Both the position numbers and the translations under genes were made by a program. The notes under the pieces are model-generated. The model did no database searches and was not told the DNA's origin. It saw only the letters and a program-made list of their open reading frames with translations. A stretch of 64,000 bases of DNA, from NCBI RefSeq assembly GCF_036365525.1, contig NC_090374.1, positions 14,735,168 through 14,799,167 on the forward strand, given 5' to 3'. Positions 11,411-25,950 of the stretch are shown here, in pieces. The DNA comes from Heterodontus francisci (taxonomy: Eukaryota). Position 1 is the stretch's first letter; each line of letters begins with the position of its first letter.

Positions 11411-13945
11411 TTTAATTCACCTTTATCCACCTTGCTTGCTACTTCCTCGAAGAACTCTAATAAATTGGTTAAACACAATTTCCCTTTCACAAAACCATGT
11501 TGACTCTGTCTGATTCCATAACGATTTTCTAAGTATCCTACAATAACCTCCTTAATAATGGATTCTAGTCCTAGGACAGATGTTAGGCTAACTGGCCGAT
11601 AGTTTCTTGCTTTCTGTCTCCTTCCTTTCTTGAATAGTTACATTTACTACTTTCCAATTCACTGAAACCCTTCCAGAATCTGAGGAATTTTGGAAGATTA
11701 TAACCAAAGCCTCTACTATCTCTGCAGGCACTTCTTTTAAGACCCTAGGTTGCAGACCATCTGATCCTGGGGACTTGTCAACTTTAGGTCTAATAGTTTT
11801 CCCAGCAGCTTTTCCCTGGTGATGGTGATTGTTTTAAGTTTCTCCCTCCCTTTCGCCTCTTGATTTTCAAGTATTTTTGACAGGTTTTCTAAATCTTCTA
11901 CAGTGAAACAGACACAAAATTCCCATTCAACGCCTCTGCCATTTCCTTGTTTTCCATCATCAATTCCCCAGACTCAATCTCTAGATTAGTAACTAGCTTT
12001 AGTTACTCTTTTCCTATTTAAATACTTGTAGAAACTCTGACTGTTTTTCTATTACTAGCTAGTTTTTTCTCATACTCTACTTTCTCCCTCTTAATTTTTT
12101 TCTGTCATTTATTGCTGGTTCTTAAAATCTGTCCAATCTTCTGACCAACCACTAATCTTTGCAGACTTGTACAGTATTTGATACTAACCTTAACTTTCGC
12201 ATTTGGCCATGGATGATGCAGCCTTCTCAAATAATTTTTCTTTCTCACTGGGATAAATATTTGCTGAGAGTTATTAAATATCTCCTTAAAAGTCTGCAAC
12301 TTCCTCTCTGCTTATTTTCCTTTGTTTCCCAATTCACTTTGCCTTCATACCCTGTAGTTACCTTTATTTAGGTTTAAAACACTAGTCTTAGACCCACACC
12401 TCTCCCTTCAAACTGAGCGTGAAATTCTATCATGTTATGATCGCTGTCGCCTGGAGGCTCCTTTACCATGAGTTTATTGATTAATCACGTCTCATTGCAC
12501 GTTACCAGGTCTAGAATAGCCTGCTCCCTAGTTGGATTTACAACAAACTGCTGTAAGAAATTGTCCCAAATATACACTATGAACTCATTTTCCAGGTTAC
12601 CTTTACCAATCTGATTCGCCCAATCTACATGTAGATTAAGGTCACCCATGATTATTGTGTTACCTTTCTTACACAGCCCATTTATTTCTTCTCATATACT
12701 CTGTCCTAGCGTGTAGCAACTGTTAGGGGCCTATAAACTACTCTCTTACCTTTCTGATTTCTTATCTCTACCCAAACTGATTCTACATCTTGCTGTTCCA
12801 AGCTAAGGTCATCTCCTGCTACTGTACTAATGACATCCAAAATGTCAAATTCCCTTCAATATTCAGGTTGCAGCCTTAGTCACCTTGCAACAATGTCTCT
12901 GTAATGGCTATCAGGTCATGCATATTTATTTCTATCTGTGCCAACAATTCATCCATTTTGTTTTGAAAGCTGCATGCATTCAGATACAGAGTGTTTGTAT
13001 GCTCTGACTCTTACTGCCTTATCATTACCCAAATCTGTACCTTGCTCTATTACCTCATTGTTTCCCTGGGATTTAGCACATCTCCTCTCACATGAACCCT
13101 TCCTCCCACTATTTGGTTTCAAGCCCTCTATAAGACCTTAGTTATACAACTCATCAGAACACTCATCCCAGAATGGTTCAGGTGAAGACCATCCCAATAG
13201 TCCAGCTTCTACTTTCCCCAGTACTGCTGCCAGTGTCCCATGAATTGAAAACCATTTCTACCACACCAATCTTTGAGCTACTCAAGTAACTGTCTAATCT
13301 CATTTATCCTATGCCAGTTTGCTCGTGGCTCAGGTAATAATTCAGAGATTATTACCTTTGAGGTCCTGCTTTTTACTTTAACCTATAGCTGCTCATACTC
13401 CCTATGGAGAATCTCTTTCCTAGTTCTATCTATGTCACTGGTACCCACGTGGACCACGATAACTGGATCCTCCTCCTCCCATTGCAAGTTCCCTCCAGTC
13501 CCAAGGAGATGTCCCGAACCCTGGCACCGTGCAGGCAACACAGCCTTCTGGACTCTCACTCTTGGCCACAGAGAACTCTGTCTATCCCCCAGACTATACT
13601 GTCCCCTACTACCACGACATTCCTTTTTACTCCTCCACATCTGCCTTCTTGATCCCCTTACCTGCCTTATTCACATTCACACCCTCCTGTCCCTGACCAC
13701 TGACCAAATCAGAAGACCCTATCCTAAGAGGTGTAACTGCCTTCTGGAACAAAGTGTTCAGGTAACATTCCCCCTCCCTGATGCATCACAGTGTCTGCAG
13801 CTCGGCCTCCAGCTCATCTACTCTGAGCCGAATCTCCTGGAGCCACAGACATTTACTGCAGACATGATTGCTGTGGATTACATTGGAGTTCATGAGCTCC
13901 CACATACTGCAGCTGCCATAGATCACTTGCTCTGCCATCCTGATT
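11411..13945 (-). mobile_element. Old degenerate CR1 (ORF1 to mid-RT)
   Basis: Fragments GKLCLTNLLEFFEEV and VVHVGTSDI. Many stops and frameshifts. Confidence 0.8.
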
Positions 13946-13954
13946 AGTTATTTA

Positions 13955-14240
13955 AAACACAAGGGGCCGATCATTTAGGACTGAGATGAAGAGATTACTT
14001 CACTCACAGGGTTATAAATCTTTGGAATTCTCTGCCCCAGAGGGCTGTGGATGCTCCATCATTGAATATATTTAAGGCTGGAGTAGACGGATGTTTGGTC
14101 TCTCAGGAAATCAAGGGTTATGGGGAGCCGGCAGGAAAGTAGGGTTAAATCCTAAGATCAGCCATGATCATTTTGAATGCAGAGCAGGCTCGATGGGCCA
14201 TATGGTCTACTCCTCCTCCTAATTCTTGTGTTCTTGTAAT
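13955..14240 (+). mobile_element. CR1 3'-end fragment
   Basis: ttggaattctctgccccagagggctgtgga..gatcagccatgatc..tcttgtgttcttgt tail. Confidence 0.7.
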
Positions 14241-14837
14241 TAATTATTTTCTTAATTAATTTGAATTAATGCCTCTCCTTGCCAGCACTTACTGTACTAA
14301 TTTAAACCTTGGTATTACAATAAATCTTACCGCTTAAAAATGAAACAATTCATTAGACTCACCAGCTTCTTACTTCCCTTCTACTTGAGTGTCTTAATTA
14401 ATTAGAAGGTAGCTACTTAAATTTTAATTTTAATTTTACATTTTTCTAATTTCCAACTATTAACACAAGCACCCTAACAGCAGTGTACTAACCTAGCTAT
14501 TTACAGATACTCCCTAAAACAGTTACTCACCAATCAATCACCTTCTCACTTTCCTGTGATGTCACTCTCAATCTCTGGGAAGCAATTTGCATGTTCTACA
14601 GCTACTGGAGGCTGAAAACGGAGCATCTCTTTACTCCTCTGCAGCAAATTCCCACATGAACCAAATTCCCACCTTCACACTCTGACTATGTCTCACTCAG
14701 GCTAAGTCTCCTCTCTGTGCAACCCTTACTGAAACTATTTGTTTAACTATCAACTAACTTAATAGAAAAATACCTAAGACTTAAGAACACATTCACCAGC
14801 TACTCACCATTCTTATTTAATCCCTTACACTAAACTT

Positions 14838-15003
14838 GGCAATGCCTCTACCTACTAGACCACAGGGAGAGCTCAGAACTGAAATAAATTAAAGTTCTCA
14901 TCAAGACACTGATCCATTCTGATGTCTGTCCTTTCCTCAGCTGCTGGTGGAAATGTCTCAGTGGTGACGAGGACCGAGGGAGCTTCAGTTACATTGCCCT
15001 GTA
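14838..15003 (+). pseudogene. Orphan fragment of a paralogous V2 exon (AAGGNVSVVTRTEGASVTLPC) with upstream intron, truncated by a CR1
   Basis: Near-identical to 38985-39053 + 39266-39362. Acceptor at 14939-14940. Stops at the CR1 3' tail at 15003. Confidence 0.85.
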
Positions 15004-18000
15004 TTAGAACATTACAGCGCAGGACAAGCCCTTCGGCCCTCGATGTTGCGCCGACCTGTGAAACCATCTGACCTACACTATTCCATTTTCATCCATATGT
15101 CTATCCAATGACCACTTAAATGCCCTTAAAGTTGGCGAGTCTACTACTGTTGCAGGCAGGGCGTTCCACACCCCTACTACTCTCTGAGTAAAGAAACTAC
15201 CTCTAACATCTGTCCTATATCTATCACCCCTCAACTTAAAGCTATGTCCCCTCGTGTTTGCCATCACCATCCGAGGAAAAAAGACTCTCACTATCCACCC
15301 TATCTAACCCTCTGATTATCTTATATGTCTCTATTAAGTCACCTCTCCTCCTCCTTCTCTCCACGAAAACAACCTCAAGTCCCTCAGCCTTTCCTCGTAA
15401 GACCTTCCCTCCATACCAGGCAACATCCTAGTAAACCTCCTCTGCACCCTTTCCATAGCTTCCACATCCTTCCTATAATGCGGTGACCAGAACTGCACGC
15501 AATACTCCAGGTGCGGCCTCACCAGAGTTTTGTACAGCTGCAGCATGACCTCGTGGCTCCGAAACTCGATCCCCCTACTAATAAAAGCTAACACACCATA
15601 TGCCTTCTTAACAGCCCTATTAACCTGGGTAGCAACTTTCAGGGATTTCACACTTTTCCGCATTAAACTCCATTTGCCATCTCTCAGCCCAGCTCTGCAG
15701 CCTATCTATGTCCCTCTGTAACCTACAACATCCTTCGGCACTATCCACAACTCCACCGACCTTCGTGTCATCCGCAAATTTACTAACCCACCCTTCTACA
15801 CCCTCATCCAGGTCATTTATAAAAATGACAAACAGCAGTGGCCCCAAAACAGATCCTTGCGGTACACCACTAGTAACTAAATTCCAGGATGAACATTTGC
15901 CATCAACCACCACCCTCTGTCTTCTTTCAGCTAGCCAATTTCTGATCCAAAGCTCTAAATCACATTCAACCCCATACTTCCGTATTTTCTGCAATAGCCT
16001 ACCGTGGGGAACCTTATCAAACGCCTTACTGAAATCCATATACACCACATCCACTGCTTTACCCTCATCCACCTGTTTGGTCACCTTCTCGAAAAACTCA
16101 ATGAGGTTTGTGAGGCACGACCTACCCTTCACAAAACCGTGCTGACTATCGCTAATGAACTTATTCTTTTCAAGATGATTATAAATCCTACGTCTTATAA
16201 CTTTTTCCAACATTTTACCCACAACCGAAGTAAGGCTCACAGGTCTATAATTACCAGGGTTGTCTCTACTCCCCTTCTTGAACAAGGGGACAACATTTGC
16301 TATCCTCCAGTCTTCCGGCACTATTCCTGTCGACAATGACGACATAAAGATCAAGGACAAAGGCTCTGCAATCTCCTCCCTGGCTTCCCACCGAATCCTA
16401 GGATATATCCCATCTGGCCCAGGGGACTTATCTATTTTCACACTTTCCAAAATTGCTAACACCTCCTCCTTGTGAACCTCAATCCCATCTAGCCTAGTAG
16501 TCTGAATCTCAGTATTCTCCTCGACAACATTTTCTTTCTCTACTGTAAATACTGACAAAAAATATTCATTTAACGCTTCCCCTATCTCCTCTGATTCCAC
16601 ACACAACTTCCCACTACTATCCTTGATTGGCCCTAATCTAACTCTAGTCATTCTTTTATTCCTGATATACCTATAGAAAGCCTTAGGGTTTTCCCTGATC
16701 CTATCCGCCAATGACTTCTCGTGTCCTCTCCTTGCTCTTCTTAGCTCTCCCTTTAGATCCTTCCTGGCTAGCTTGTAACTCTCAAGCGCCCTAACTGAGC
16801 CTTCATGTCTCATCCTAACATAAGCCTTCTTCTTCCTCTTGACAAGCGCTTCAACTTCTTTAGTAAACCACGGCTCCCTCGCTCGACAACTTCCTCCCTG
16901 CCTCACAGGTACATACTTATCAAGGACACGCAGTAGCTGCTCCTTGAATAAGCTCCACATTTCGATTGTTCACATCCCCTGCAGTTTCCTTCCCCATCCT
17001 ACGCATCCTAAATCTTGCCTAATCGCATCATAATTTCCTTTCCCCCAGCTATAATTGTTGCCCTGCGGTATATACCTGTCCCTGCCCATCGCTAAGGTAA
17101 ACCTAACCGAATTGTGATCACTATCACCAAAGTGCTCACCTACATCTTAATCTAACACCTGGCTGGGTTCATTACCCAGTACCAAATCCAATGTGGCATT
17201 GCCCCTGGTTGGCATGTCTACATACTGTGTCAGAAAACCCTCCTGCACACACTGGACAAAAACTGACCCATCTAAAGTACTCGAACTATAGTATTTCCAG
17301 TCAATATTTGGAAAGTTAAAGTCCCCCATAACAACTACCCTGTTACTCTCGCCCCTGTCGAGAATCATCTTCGCTATCCTTTCCTCTACATCTCTGGAAC
17401 TATTCAGAGTTCTATAGAAGACTCCCAACAGGGTGACCTCTCCTCTCTTGTTTCTAACCTCGGCCCATACTACCTCAGTGAACGAGTCCTCAAACGTCCT
17501 TTCTGTCGCTGTAATACTCTCCTTGATTAACAATGCCACACCCCCCCTCTTTTACCATCTTCTCTGTTCTTACTGAAACATCTAAATCCCGGAACCTGCA
17601 ACATCCATTCCTGCCCCTGCTCTACCCATGTCTCCGAAATGGCCACAACATCGAGATCCCAGGTACCAACCCATGCTGCAAGCTCACCCACCTTATTCCG
17701 GATGCTCCTGGCGTTGAAGTAGACACACTTTAAACCAAGTTCTTGCTTGCCAGTGCCCTCTTGCGTCCTTGTAACCTTATCCCTGACCTCACTACTCTCA
17801 ACATCCTGTACACTGGAACTACAATTTAGGTTCCCATCCCCCTGCTGTATTAGTTTAAACCCCCCCGAAGAACACTGGCAAATCTCCCCCCCAGGATATT
17901 GGTACCCCTCTGGTTCAGGTGAAGACCATCCTGTTTGTAGGGGTCCCACCTACCCCAGAAAGAGCCCCAATTATCCAGGAAACCAAAACCCTCCCTCCTA

Positions 18001-18855
18001 CACCATCCCTGCAGCCACGTGTTCAACTCCTCTCTCTCCCTATTCCTTGCTTCGCTATGACGTGGCACGGGCAACAACCCAGAGATAACAACTCTATTTG
18101 TTCTCGCTCTAAGCTTCCACCCTAGCTCCCTGAATTTCTGTCTTAAATCCCCATCTCTCTTCCTACCTATGTCGTTGGTGCCTATGTGGACCACGACTTG
18201 GGGCTGCTCCCCCTCCCCCTTAAGGATCCCAAAAACACGATCCGAGACATCACGAACCCTGGCACCTGGGAGGCAACACACCAACCGTGAGTCTCTCTCG
18301 CTCCCACAGAACCTCCTATCTGCTCCCCTAACTATGGAGTCCCCAATGACTAATGCTCTGCTCCTCTTCCCCCTTCCCTTCTGAGCAACAGGGACAGACT
18401 CTGTGCCAGATACCTGTACCCCATTGCTTACCCCTGGTAAGTCGTCCCCTGCAACGGTATCCAAAACGGTATACCTGTTGTTGAGGGAAACGGCCTTAGG
18501 GGATCCCTGCACTGCCTGCTGGTTCCCTCTCCTTCCCCTGACGGTAACCCATCTACCTACTTCTTTTACCTGAGGTGTGACTACCTCCCCATAACTCCTC
18601 TCAATAACCCCCTCCGCCTCCCGAATGATCCGAAGTTCATCCAGCTCCAGCTCCAGTTCCCTAACGCGGTTCTCGAGGAGCTGGAGTTGGGTGCACTTCC
18701 CGCAGATGCAGTCAGCAGGGACACTCTTGGCGACCCTTACCTCCCACATTCTGCAGGAGGAACATACAACTGCCTTAACCTCCATTCCCACTATTCTAAA
18801 TTCCCAACAAATCTACTGAAAAACCAAAACAAAAAGTCAAAACTTGTTAGGTTAG
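15003..18855 (-). mobile_element. Near full-length CR1: ORF1 intact, ORF2 frameshifted with a small internal deletion near 15645
   Basis: ORF1 17850-18791. ORF2 pieces 17527-17949, 17147-17539, 15620-16960, 15334-15663, 15073-15291. Confidence 0.93.
17850..18791 (-). CDS. CR1 ORF1 (zinc finger, coiled coil, SGNH/GDSL esterase), 313 aa
   Basis: CSSC..CGKC, LENRVRELELELDEL, LVIGDSIV, HIGTND, DGLHLN. Confidence 0.9.
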   Translation of the reverse strand: MGMEVKAVVCSSCRMWEVRVAKSVPADCICGKCTQLQLLENRVRELELELDELRIIREAEGVIERSYGEVVTPQVKEVGRWVTVRGRRGNQQAVQGSPKAVSLNNRYTVLDTVAGDDLPGVSNGVQVSGTESVPVAQKGRGKRSRALVIGDSIVRGADRRFCGSERDSRLVCCLPGARVRDVSDRVFGILKGEGEQPQVVVHIGTNDIGRKRDGDLRQKFRELGWKLRARTNRVVISGLLPVPRHSEARNREREELNTWLQGWCRREGFGFLDNWGSFWGRWDPYKQDGLHLNQRGTNILGGRFASVLRGGLN

Positions 18856-21800
18856 CAACCTCATGGAGGTTGCAGCAGAAAAGGTCTGTTGGCACTTGCC
18901 CATCCTCTGCAAGTCAACACGATCTGTGACCATGAGGAGTATGTCATCGACGTAAGCCGAGAGGACGACCTGCATGCCTGGCTCATACAGAGCCAAACCC
19001 GCCAATCTCCTGTGACTCAGACACAGGAATGGCTGCACGCAGATGGTATATAATTGGCCGGAGATGGGGCATCCCTGACACACTTCTCTCCCAAAGCAAA
19101 GGGACGCCGTCAAGGACCCGTTAACTTTGACCAGACACTCTGCGGCGGTGTATAACAGTTGGACCCGGGCCACAAACTGCGGCCCGAGTCTGAATGCACG
19201 CAGATTCCCGAAAAGGTATTCGTGATCCACCCTGTCGAACGCCTTCTCCCAATTGAGGGAGATAAAGGCGACCGACAGACCAGTCCTCTGGGAAAGATGG
19301 ATCAGGTCCAGGACCAGGTGGATGTTTCCTGGATGGACCGGCCCGGGACCGTGTAGGACTGGTCGGGGTGGATCATGTGGGCAACCACGGAGCCCAGGCG
19401 GGTAGACATAGCCCGGGCAAAGATCTTATAATCCGTGCTGAGGAGGGAGACTGGACACCAGTTTTTAAGCAGACGGAGATCGCCCCTCTTCGGCAGCAGG
19501 ATGATGATCGCCCTGCGCCATGAGAGGGGCATCTCCCCAGTCGCCAGTCTTCCCCCCAATCCTACGACGCCCTCCGGGCTGACCTGCGGCAGGTCGTCCC
19601 ACAAACTCTGCATGCGTCCTCGCTGGACGGATCCGGAAAGAACAACGCACTGTAATAAATATAGACCAGGAGGTCCATTCCCTCCAGATCCTTGACGGAG
19701 GATCCGTCGTCGGCCAGCAGCTCAGCGAGCTCTTTACGACACCCCGCCATTTTTCTAGCGAGTAGAAGAAGGGTGAGGCGTTGTCCAAATCTTCCAGGAT
19801 CTGGATCCATGACTTCACATACTCACCTCAGGACCCTATGAGCTGCAGGTCCCTCAGTGTGCCCTTCTCTTTGTATGCCTACCACAGGGCCAGGTCCGCA
19901 ACGCCATGACCGATGCGGGACTCCAAGTCGAGCACCTCCCACTCTAGGCACCCGATCTCGGCTTCCCGCCTCTTGGTCGACCCCTTCGCGTACTCCTGAC
20001 AGAAGACATAGATGTGAGTTTTGCCCACATCCCACCATAGCCTCAAGGTGGGGAAGCCCCTCTGCTTCCTTCTCCAGTCGGCCCAGAATTGACGGAATGA
20101 GTCCCGGAATCGCTCGTCCTCCAGCAGCCGTTGTTAAAGTAACAGTCCTCGGACCCTGTCTGCGTGCGGAGCGGAGTGAACTCCGCCCACACCAGGTGGT
20201 GGTCTGAGCACGGCACCAGCTGCATGGAGGCCGCCGAGACGCAGGAAACGTACGCCTGCGAAAAGTAGAGGCGGTCGATTCGGGACCCTCCTCCTCCAGA
20301 CCTCCACGTGAAGGCGCTGAAGTCGGGATGGAGATTCCGCCAGTCGTCCACCAAGTTGAGGGAGCTGATCAGTTCCCTCAACTTCTCCACCGACGCTTGG
20401 CCGCGCTGGGGGCCGGAGCGATCCCCCACCTCGAGGGTACAGTTAAAATCCCCCACCCCCCCGAGGATGATGCCCTCGCCACTATCAATGGAGCTCAAGA
20501 GAGCGGACACTTCTTCAAAGAAGCGTGCTTGCAACGCGCCAGGCCTTAGCGCGTACACGTTCACAAAGTAGAGCGGCAGGCTACCCAGGCAAACGGTGAG
20601 ATGGAGCAAGCGGCCCGGCACTAGCTCCTTGACCCCCCAAGATCTCCGGCTGGAAAATCAGGGCCAAAAAGATAGCCACCCCACTAGAAATTGGGGTGAG
20701 GTGACTCATGTAGACCCCACCCTGCCACTCCAGGAGCCAGGTGGCTCTGTCTCCCAGAATGGTGTGGGTTTCCTGCAGAAAGCTCACCGCATCCCTTCCC
20801 TGCAGACTGAGAGATTGTGAAATTTGTGGGGAGACCCCCTGCTGCCATTTATGTTGAGGCTGGCTTTGGTTATCTTCATGTACATTGATTCCGTCACCAT
20901 CACCTCACTCTGAGGAGGAAACAGAAGTGCATCTCGCCTTCCACTCACCCAGAAACCTTTTGAGGAATGCTTTAAACTGGCGCCTCTCAACCAGTTTCAC
21001 GCCAGCACTCTTCCCCCCTCTTGAGGGCGGCATGGATGGACTGGATGATCAGTACCAGATTCGAGTGCCAGCTGAATTTTATTGCGGCAACCCATGCAGG
21101 CCTCAAGGAAGTCCCGGAGTTCTACGGTGGAGATGAGAGGAGACTCGGTAGGAGGTATGTGGGTAACTAGTAGGGTAGATAAAGGGGAACCAGTAGATGT
21201 ATACCTCAATTTTGAAAAGGCATTCGATAAGATGCCACATAAAAAAATAGGCAAGATATGGGCTCATGGTGTTGGGGGTAATATATTCGCATGGATAGAA
21301 GATTGCTTAACAGATAGGAAGCAGAGAGTGCGCATAAATGTGACATTTTCAAGTTGGCAGGCAGTGAATAGTGGGATGCTGCAAGGATTAGTGCTGGGGC
21401 CTCAGCTATTTACACTCAATATTAATGACTTGGATAAAGAGACAGTGAGAAATGTATCTGAGTTTGCTGACGATACAAAACTCGGTGGAAAGGTAAGCTG
21501 CAGGGAGGACATAGAGGCTGCAAAGAGATATAGACAGGTTAAGTGAGTGGGCAACAAGATGGCAAATGGAGAATAATGTAGGGAAGTGTGAAGTGATTCA
21601 CTTTGGTCATAAAAATAGAAAAGCAGAATCTTTTTTAAAAGGTGTGAGAATGATAAGTATTGATGTTCAGAGAGACTTGGGAATACTCGTACAAGGAATG
21701 CACAAAGTTAACATGTATGTGCAGCAGACTATTAGGAAGGCAAATGGCTTGTTGACCTTTATTGCAAGTGGATTGGAGTACAGGAATAAAGAAGTCTTCC

Positions 21801-23230
21801 TAAAATTGTACAGGGCTTTGGTGAGACCGCACCTGGAACACTGTGTGCAGTTTTGGTCTCCACATTTAAGAAAGGACATACTTGCACTGGAGGCAGTGCA
21901 GTGAAGATTTACTAAATTGGTCCCTGGGATGAGGGGGTTGTCCTAGGATAAGAGGCTGAGTAAATTGGGCCTGCATTCTCTGGAGTTTAGAAGAATGAGT
22001 GGTGATCTAATTGAGACATACAAGATTATGAAAGGGCTTGATAAGGTAGAAGCTGAGAGATTGTTTCCACTGGTCAGGGAATCAAGAACACGGGGACACA
22101 GTCTCAGGATAAGGGACCAATCATTCAGGACTGAGATGAGGAGAAATTACTTCGCTCAAAGTGGGAAGTGCAGCGGCACCACTCTGGGCCACCGAGGTGG
22201 AGTTGATGGCCCAGAGGTTGGGGCTCTTCCAAACATGCACCACCCCCTTATAGGCATGGCACCACGCCCTGTCTGAAGTTCAGAAAATACAGTTGGCTGC
22301 CCCCTGGAACTCGACACTAAATTGGGTCTCTGTGACCTCCTCCTGCCCCAGCAGCATAAATAACCAGCGGCGGAAGGAGTACACATGCTGGAGGTTGTCT
22401 CATGAAGACCGAGTTGGACTGGGGTGATGTCCGACCTCACCTCCCCCCAAATGGTGCAGGTGGGGGAGGAGAAGCTCACCGAGAATAAAGGGTGGGATGT
22501 TGGAGAATATTACTTGCTGATAGGGGGTCCACTGGCAGGTAAGTCCCACCGGCTATGAGCTCTTACTCAGGGCCAGGGACACTGCCTGCTTGGTCTTCAG
22601 GAAAAACACTGCCTTCCTTTACATTTTTGAGGCTATAACAATGGCCAAGGGGCCGACAACATCGGCCATTGCCTTTACTCATGCCTCAAATGTCATATTT
22701 GGGTGGGTGTAACTGTTCAGCCCATGCTTTATTGTCAAAAGGTTGAAAGGTGCTGCAGCATAGGAAGATCCCGCCACCGGAGAGGACTGAGAAGTCGTGG
22801 GGCAGAAGAGTTACACCCACCGTGTGTTGAGAGAGAGGGGAAAAACAATTATCAAATATAACAATAACTTGATAGTGTGAGGAGTGAGAAGCAAAGGGGA
22901 AGAGGCTGAGGGAGAGAAAGGCCAGGAGGAATCAGTCTTTTGCAACTGCAAAATTACAGAGCAGTCTTATCGCTGGTCTTCTGGTTGGAGGAGGCATGAT
23001 TTCTGTACCTGGGACAGCTGAAGGTACCTAGGCACACATTTTTCCGGGTGTTATCAAACAACAATAAAGTCTCTTCACCAGGGCAGCTCCTGATGTCCCA
23101 GGCCAAGTGGTTGGGGTGGGGAGGGAGCTCCCTATCTGATGGTAACAACACAGGAGTCCCTGACTGAAACAGGCAGCCCCACCCTGGATCTTCTTCTTGC
23201 ATCTTCTTCCCCCCCCCTCCAACAATCAAA
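18856..23230 (-). mobile_element. Degenerate Tx1-clade LINE, interrupted by a CR1 at 21155-22157
   Basis: SLNINGSR, FLQETH, GDFNCTL, SRIDRLY, CSDHHLV, LKNWCPVSLLSTDYKI, HPDQSYTVPGRSI, QGCPISG, SAYVDD. Confidence 0.8.
21155..22157 (+). mobile_element. Degenerate CR1 RT fragment
   Basis: ORFs 21082-21546, 21566-21904 and 21965-22276 with CR1 RT motifs. Confidence 0.85.
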
Positions 23231-23559
23231 TACAAAAAGACTGCAATGTTAAACCAAACTCATAGAAGAGCTTTCAGTTCCTTTGTCTTCCTGTTCCTTT
23301 TCCTTGTTGACAGAATAAATGGAAAAATCTTCCTTTCAGTTTCTGTCTCTCTCCCTGCAGCAGTTTCACAGCCTTCAACTCACAGCCCACAATCAGCTGT
23401 CAGCTGAGACTCATTGTGCACCCAGCAGTCAGTGGTCCCAATTAGGCAGCAGCCAAACCCCGTGCCCTGGGAGTATTTGATGGGGACAGTGTAGATGGAG
23501 CTTTCCTCTGTATCTTATCCATGCTTTATCTATCCTGGCAGTATCCACAGGCACCAGAA

Positions 23560-25950
23560 ACACCGCGCATCAACAGTGACAGAATTTCTTTTCCACAGCT
23601 GTTACATAAGTTTCTAAATTCCTTTGAAAAAGCCCTTCAAAACACTCCCACAGGGGATGCAGAGACCAAGTGGGCCCACATCAGAGATGCCATCTATGAC
23701 TCAGCAATGACCACCTTTGGCAAACGTGAGAAGCAGAATGCAGACTGGTTTCAATCTCACTTTGAAGAGCTGGAACCTGTCATAGCCGCTAAGTGCATTG
23801 CACTGTTGAAATACAAGTAAGCCCCCAGCGGGTTAACATCCGTAGCACTTAAAGTAGCCAGAAGCACTGCACAAAGAACAGCCAGGCGCTGTGCAAATGA
23901 CTACTGGCAACACCTATGCAGTCATATTCAGCTAGCCTCCGACACCGGAAACATCAGAGGAATGTATGATGGCATTAAGAGAGTTTTTGGGCCAACGATC
24001 AAGAAAACCACCCCCCTCAAATCTAAATCAGGGGACACGATCACTGACCAACGCAAGCAAATGGACCGCTGGGTGGAGCACTACCTAGAACTGTACTCCT
24101 GGGAGAATGTTGTCACTGATACCGCCCTTAATGCAGCCCAGTCTCTGCCAGTCATGGATGAGCTGGACGAACAGCCAACAAAATCGGAACTCAGTGAGGC
24201 CATTGATTCTCTAGCCAGTGGAAGAGCCGCTGGGAAGGACGGCATTACCCCTGAAATAATCAAGAGTGCCAAGCCTGCTATACTCTCAGCACTCCATGAA
24301 CTGCTTTGCCTGTGCTGGGACGAGGGAGCAGTACCACAGGACATGCGTAATGCCAATATCATCACCCTCTATAAGAACAAGGGTGACCGCGGTGACTGCA
24401 ACAATTACCGTGGAATCTCCCTGCTCAGCACAGTGGGGAATGTTTTCACTCAAGTCATTTTAAACAGACTCCAGAAGCTGGCTGAGTGTGTCTACCCTGA
24501 GGCACATTGAGGCTTTTGAGCAGAGAGATCCACCATTGACATGCTGATCTCCCTTCGCCAGCTACAGGAGAAATGCCGTGAACAACAGATGCCCCTCTAC
24601 ATTGCTTTCATAGATCTCGCCAAAGTCTTCGACTTCGTCAGCAGACGTGGCCTCTTCAGCCTACTAGAAAAGATTGCATGTCCACCAAAGCTACTAATTA
24701 TCATCATCTCATTCCAGGCACAATACAGAATAGCGGTGCCTCATCAGACCCCTTTCCTATCCTGAGTGGCGTGAAACAGGGCTGTGTTCTCGCACCCACA
24801 CTGTTTGGGATCTTCTTCTCACTGCAGCTCTCATTTGCGTTCAAGTCTTCAGAAGAAGGAATTTTCCTCCACACAAGATCAGATGGCAGGTTGTTCAACC
24901 TTGCCCGTCTAAGAGTGAAGACCAAAGTACGGGAAGTCCTCATCAGGGAACTCCTCTTTGCTGACGATGCTGCATTAACATCTCACACTGAAGAGTGCCT
25001 GCAGAGTCTCATCGACAGGTTTGCGGCTGCCTGCAACGAATTTGGCCTAACCATCAGCCTCAAGAAAACGAACATCATGGGACAGGACGTCAGAAATGCT
25101 CCATCCATCAATATCGGCGACCACACTCTGGAAGTGGTTCAAGAGTTCACCTACCTAGGCTCAACTATCACCAGTAACCTGTCTCCAGATGCAGAAATCA
25201 ATAAGTGCATGGGAAAGGCGTCCGCTGCTATGTCCAGACTGACAAAGAGGGTGTGGGAAAATGGCGCACTGACACAGAACACAAAAGTCCGAGTGTTTCA
25301 AGCCTGTGTCCTCAGTACCTTGCTCTACGGCAGCGAGGCCTGGACAACGTATGTCAGCCAAGAGTGACGTCTCAACTCATTCCATCTTCACTGCCTCTGG
25401 AGAATCCTTGGCATCATGTGGCAGGACCGTATCTCCAACACAGAAGTCCACCAGGCAGCCAACATCCCCAGCATATACACCCTACTGAGCCAGCGGCACT
25501 TGAGATGGCTTGGCCATGTGAGCCGCGTGGAAGATGGCAGGATCCCCAAAGGCACATTGTACAGCGAGCTCGTCACTGGTATCAGACCCACCGGCTGTCC
25601 ATGTCTCCACTTTAAAGACGTCTGCAAACGCAACATGAAGTCCTGTGACATTGACCACAAGTTGTGGGAGTCAGTTGCCAGTGATCGCCAGAGCTGGCGG
25701 AGAGCCATAAAGGCAGGGCTAAAGAGTGGCGAGTTGAAGAGACTTAGCAGTTGGCAGGAGAAAAGACAGAAGTGCAAGGAGAGAGCCAACTGTGTAACAG
25801 CCCTGACAACCATATTTTATCTGCAGCGCCTGTGGAAGTGTCTGTCACTCTAGAATTGGCCTTTATAGCCACTCCAGGCGCTGATCCACAAACCACTGAC
25901 CACCTCTCAGCACTTATCCATTGTCTCTCGAGACAAGGAGGCCAAAGAAG
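23560..25950 (+). mobile_element. RTE-clade LINE, 5'-truncated, degenerate
   Basis: NYRGISLLS, GVKQGCVLAPTLF, LLFADD, gaggccaaagaaga tail. Confidence 0.9.
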
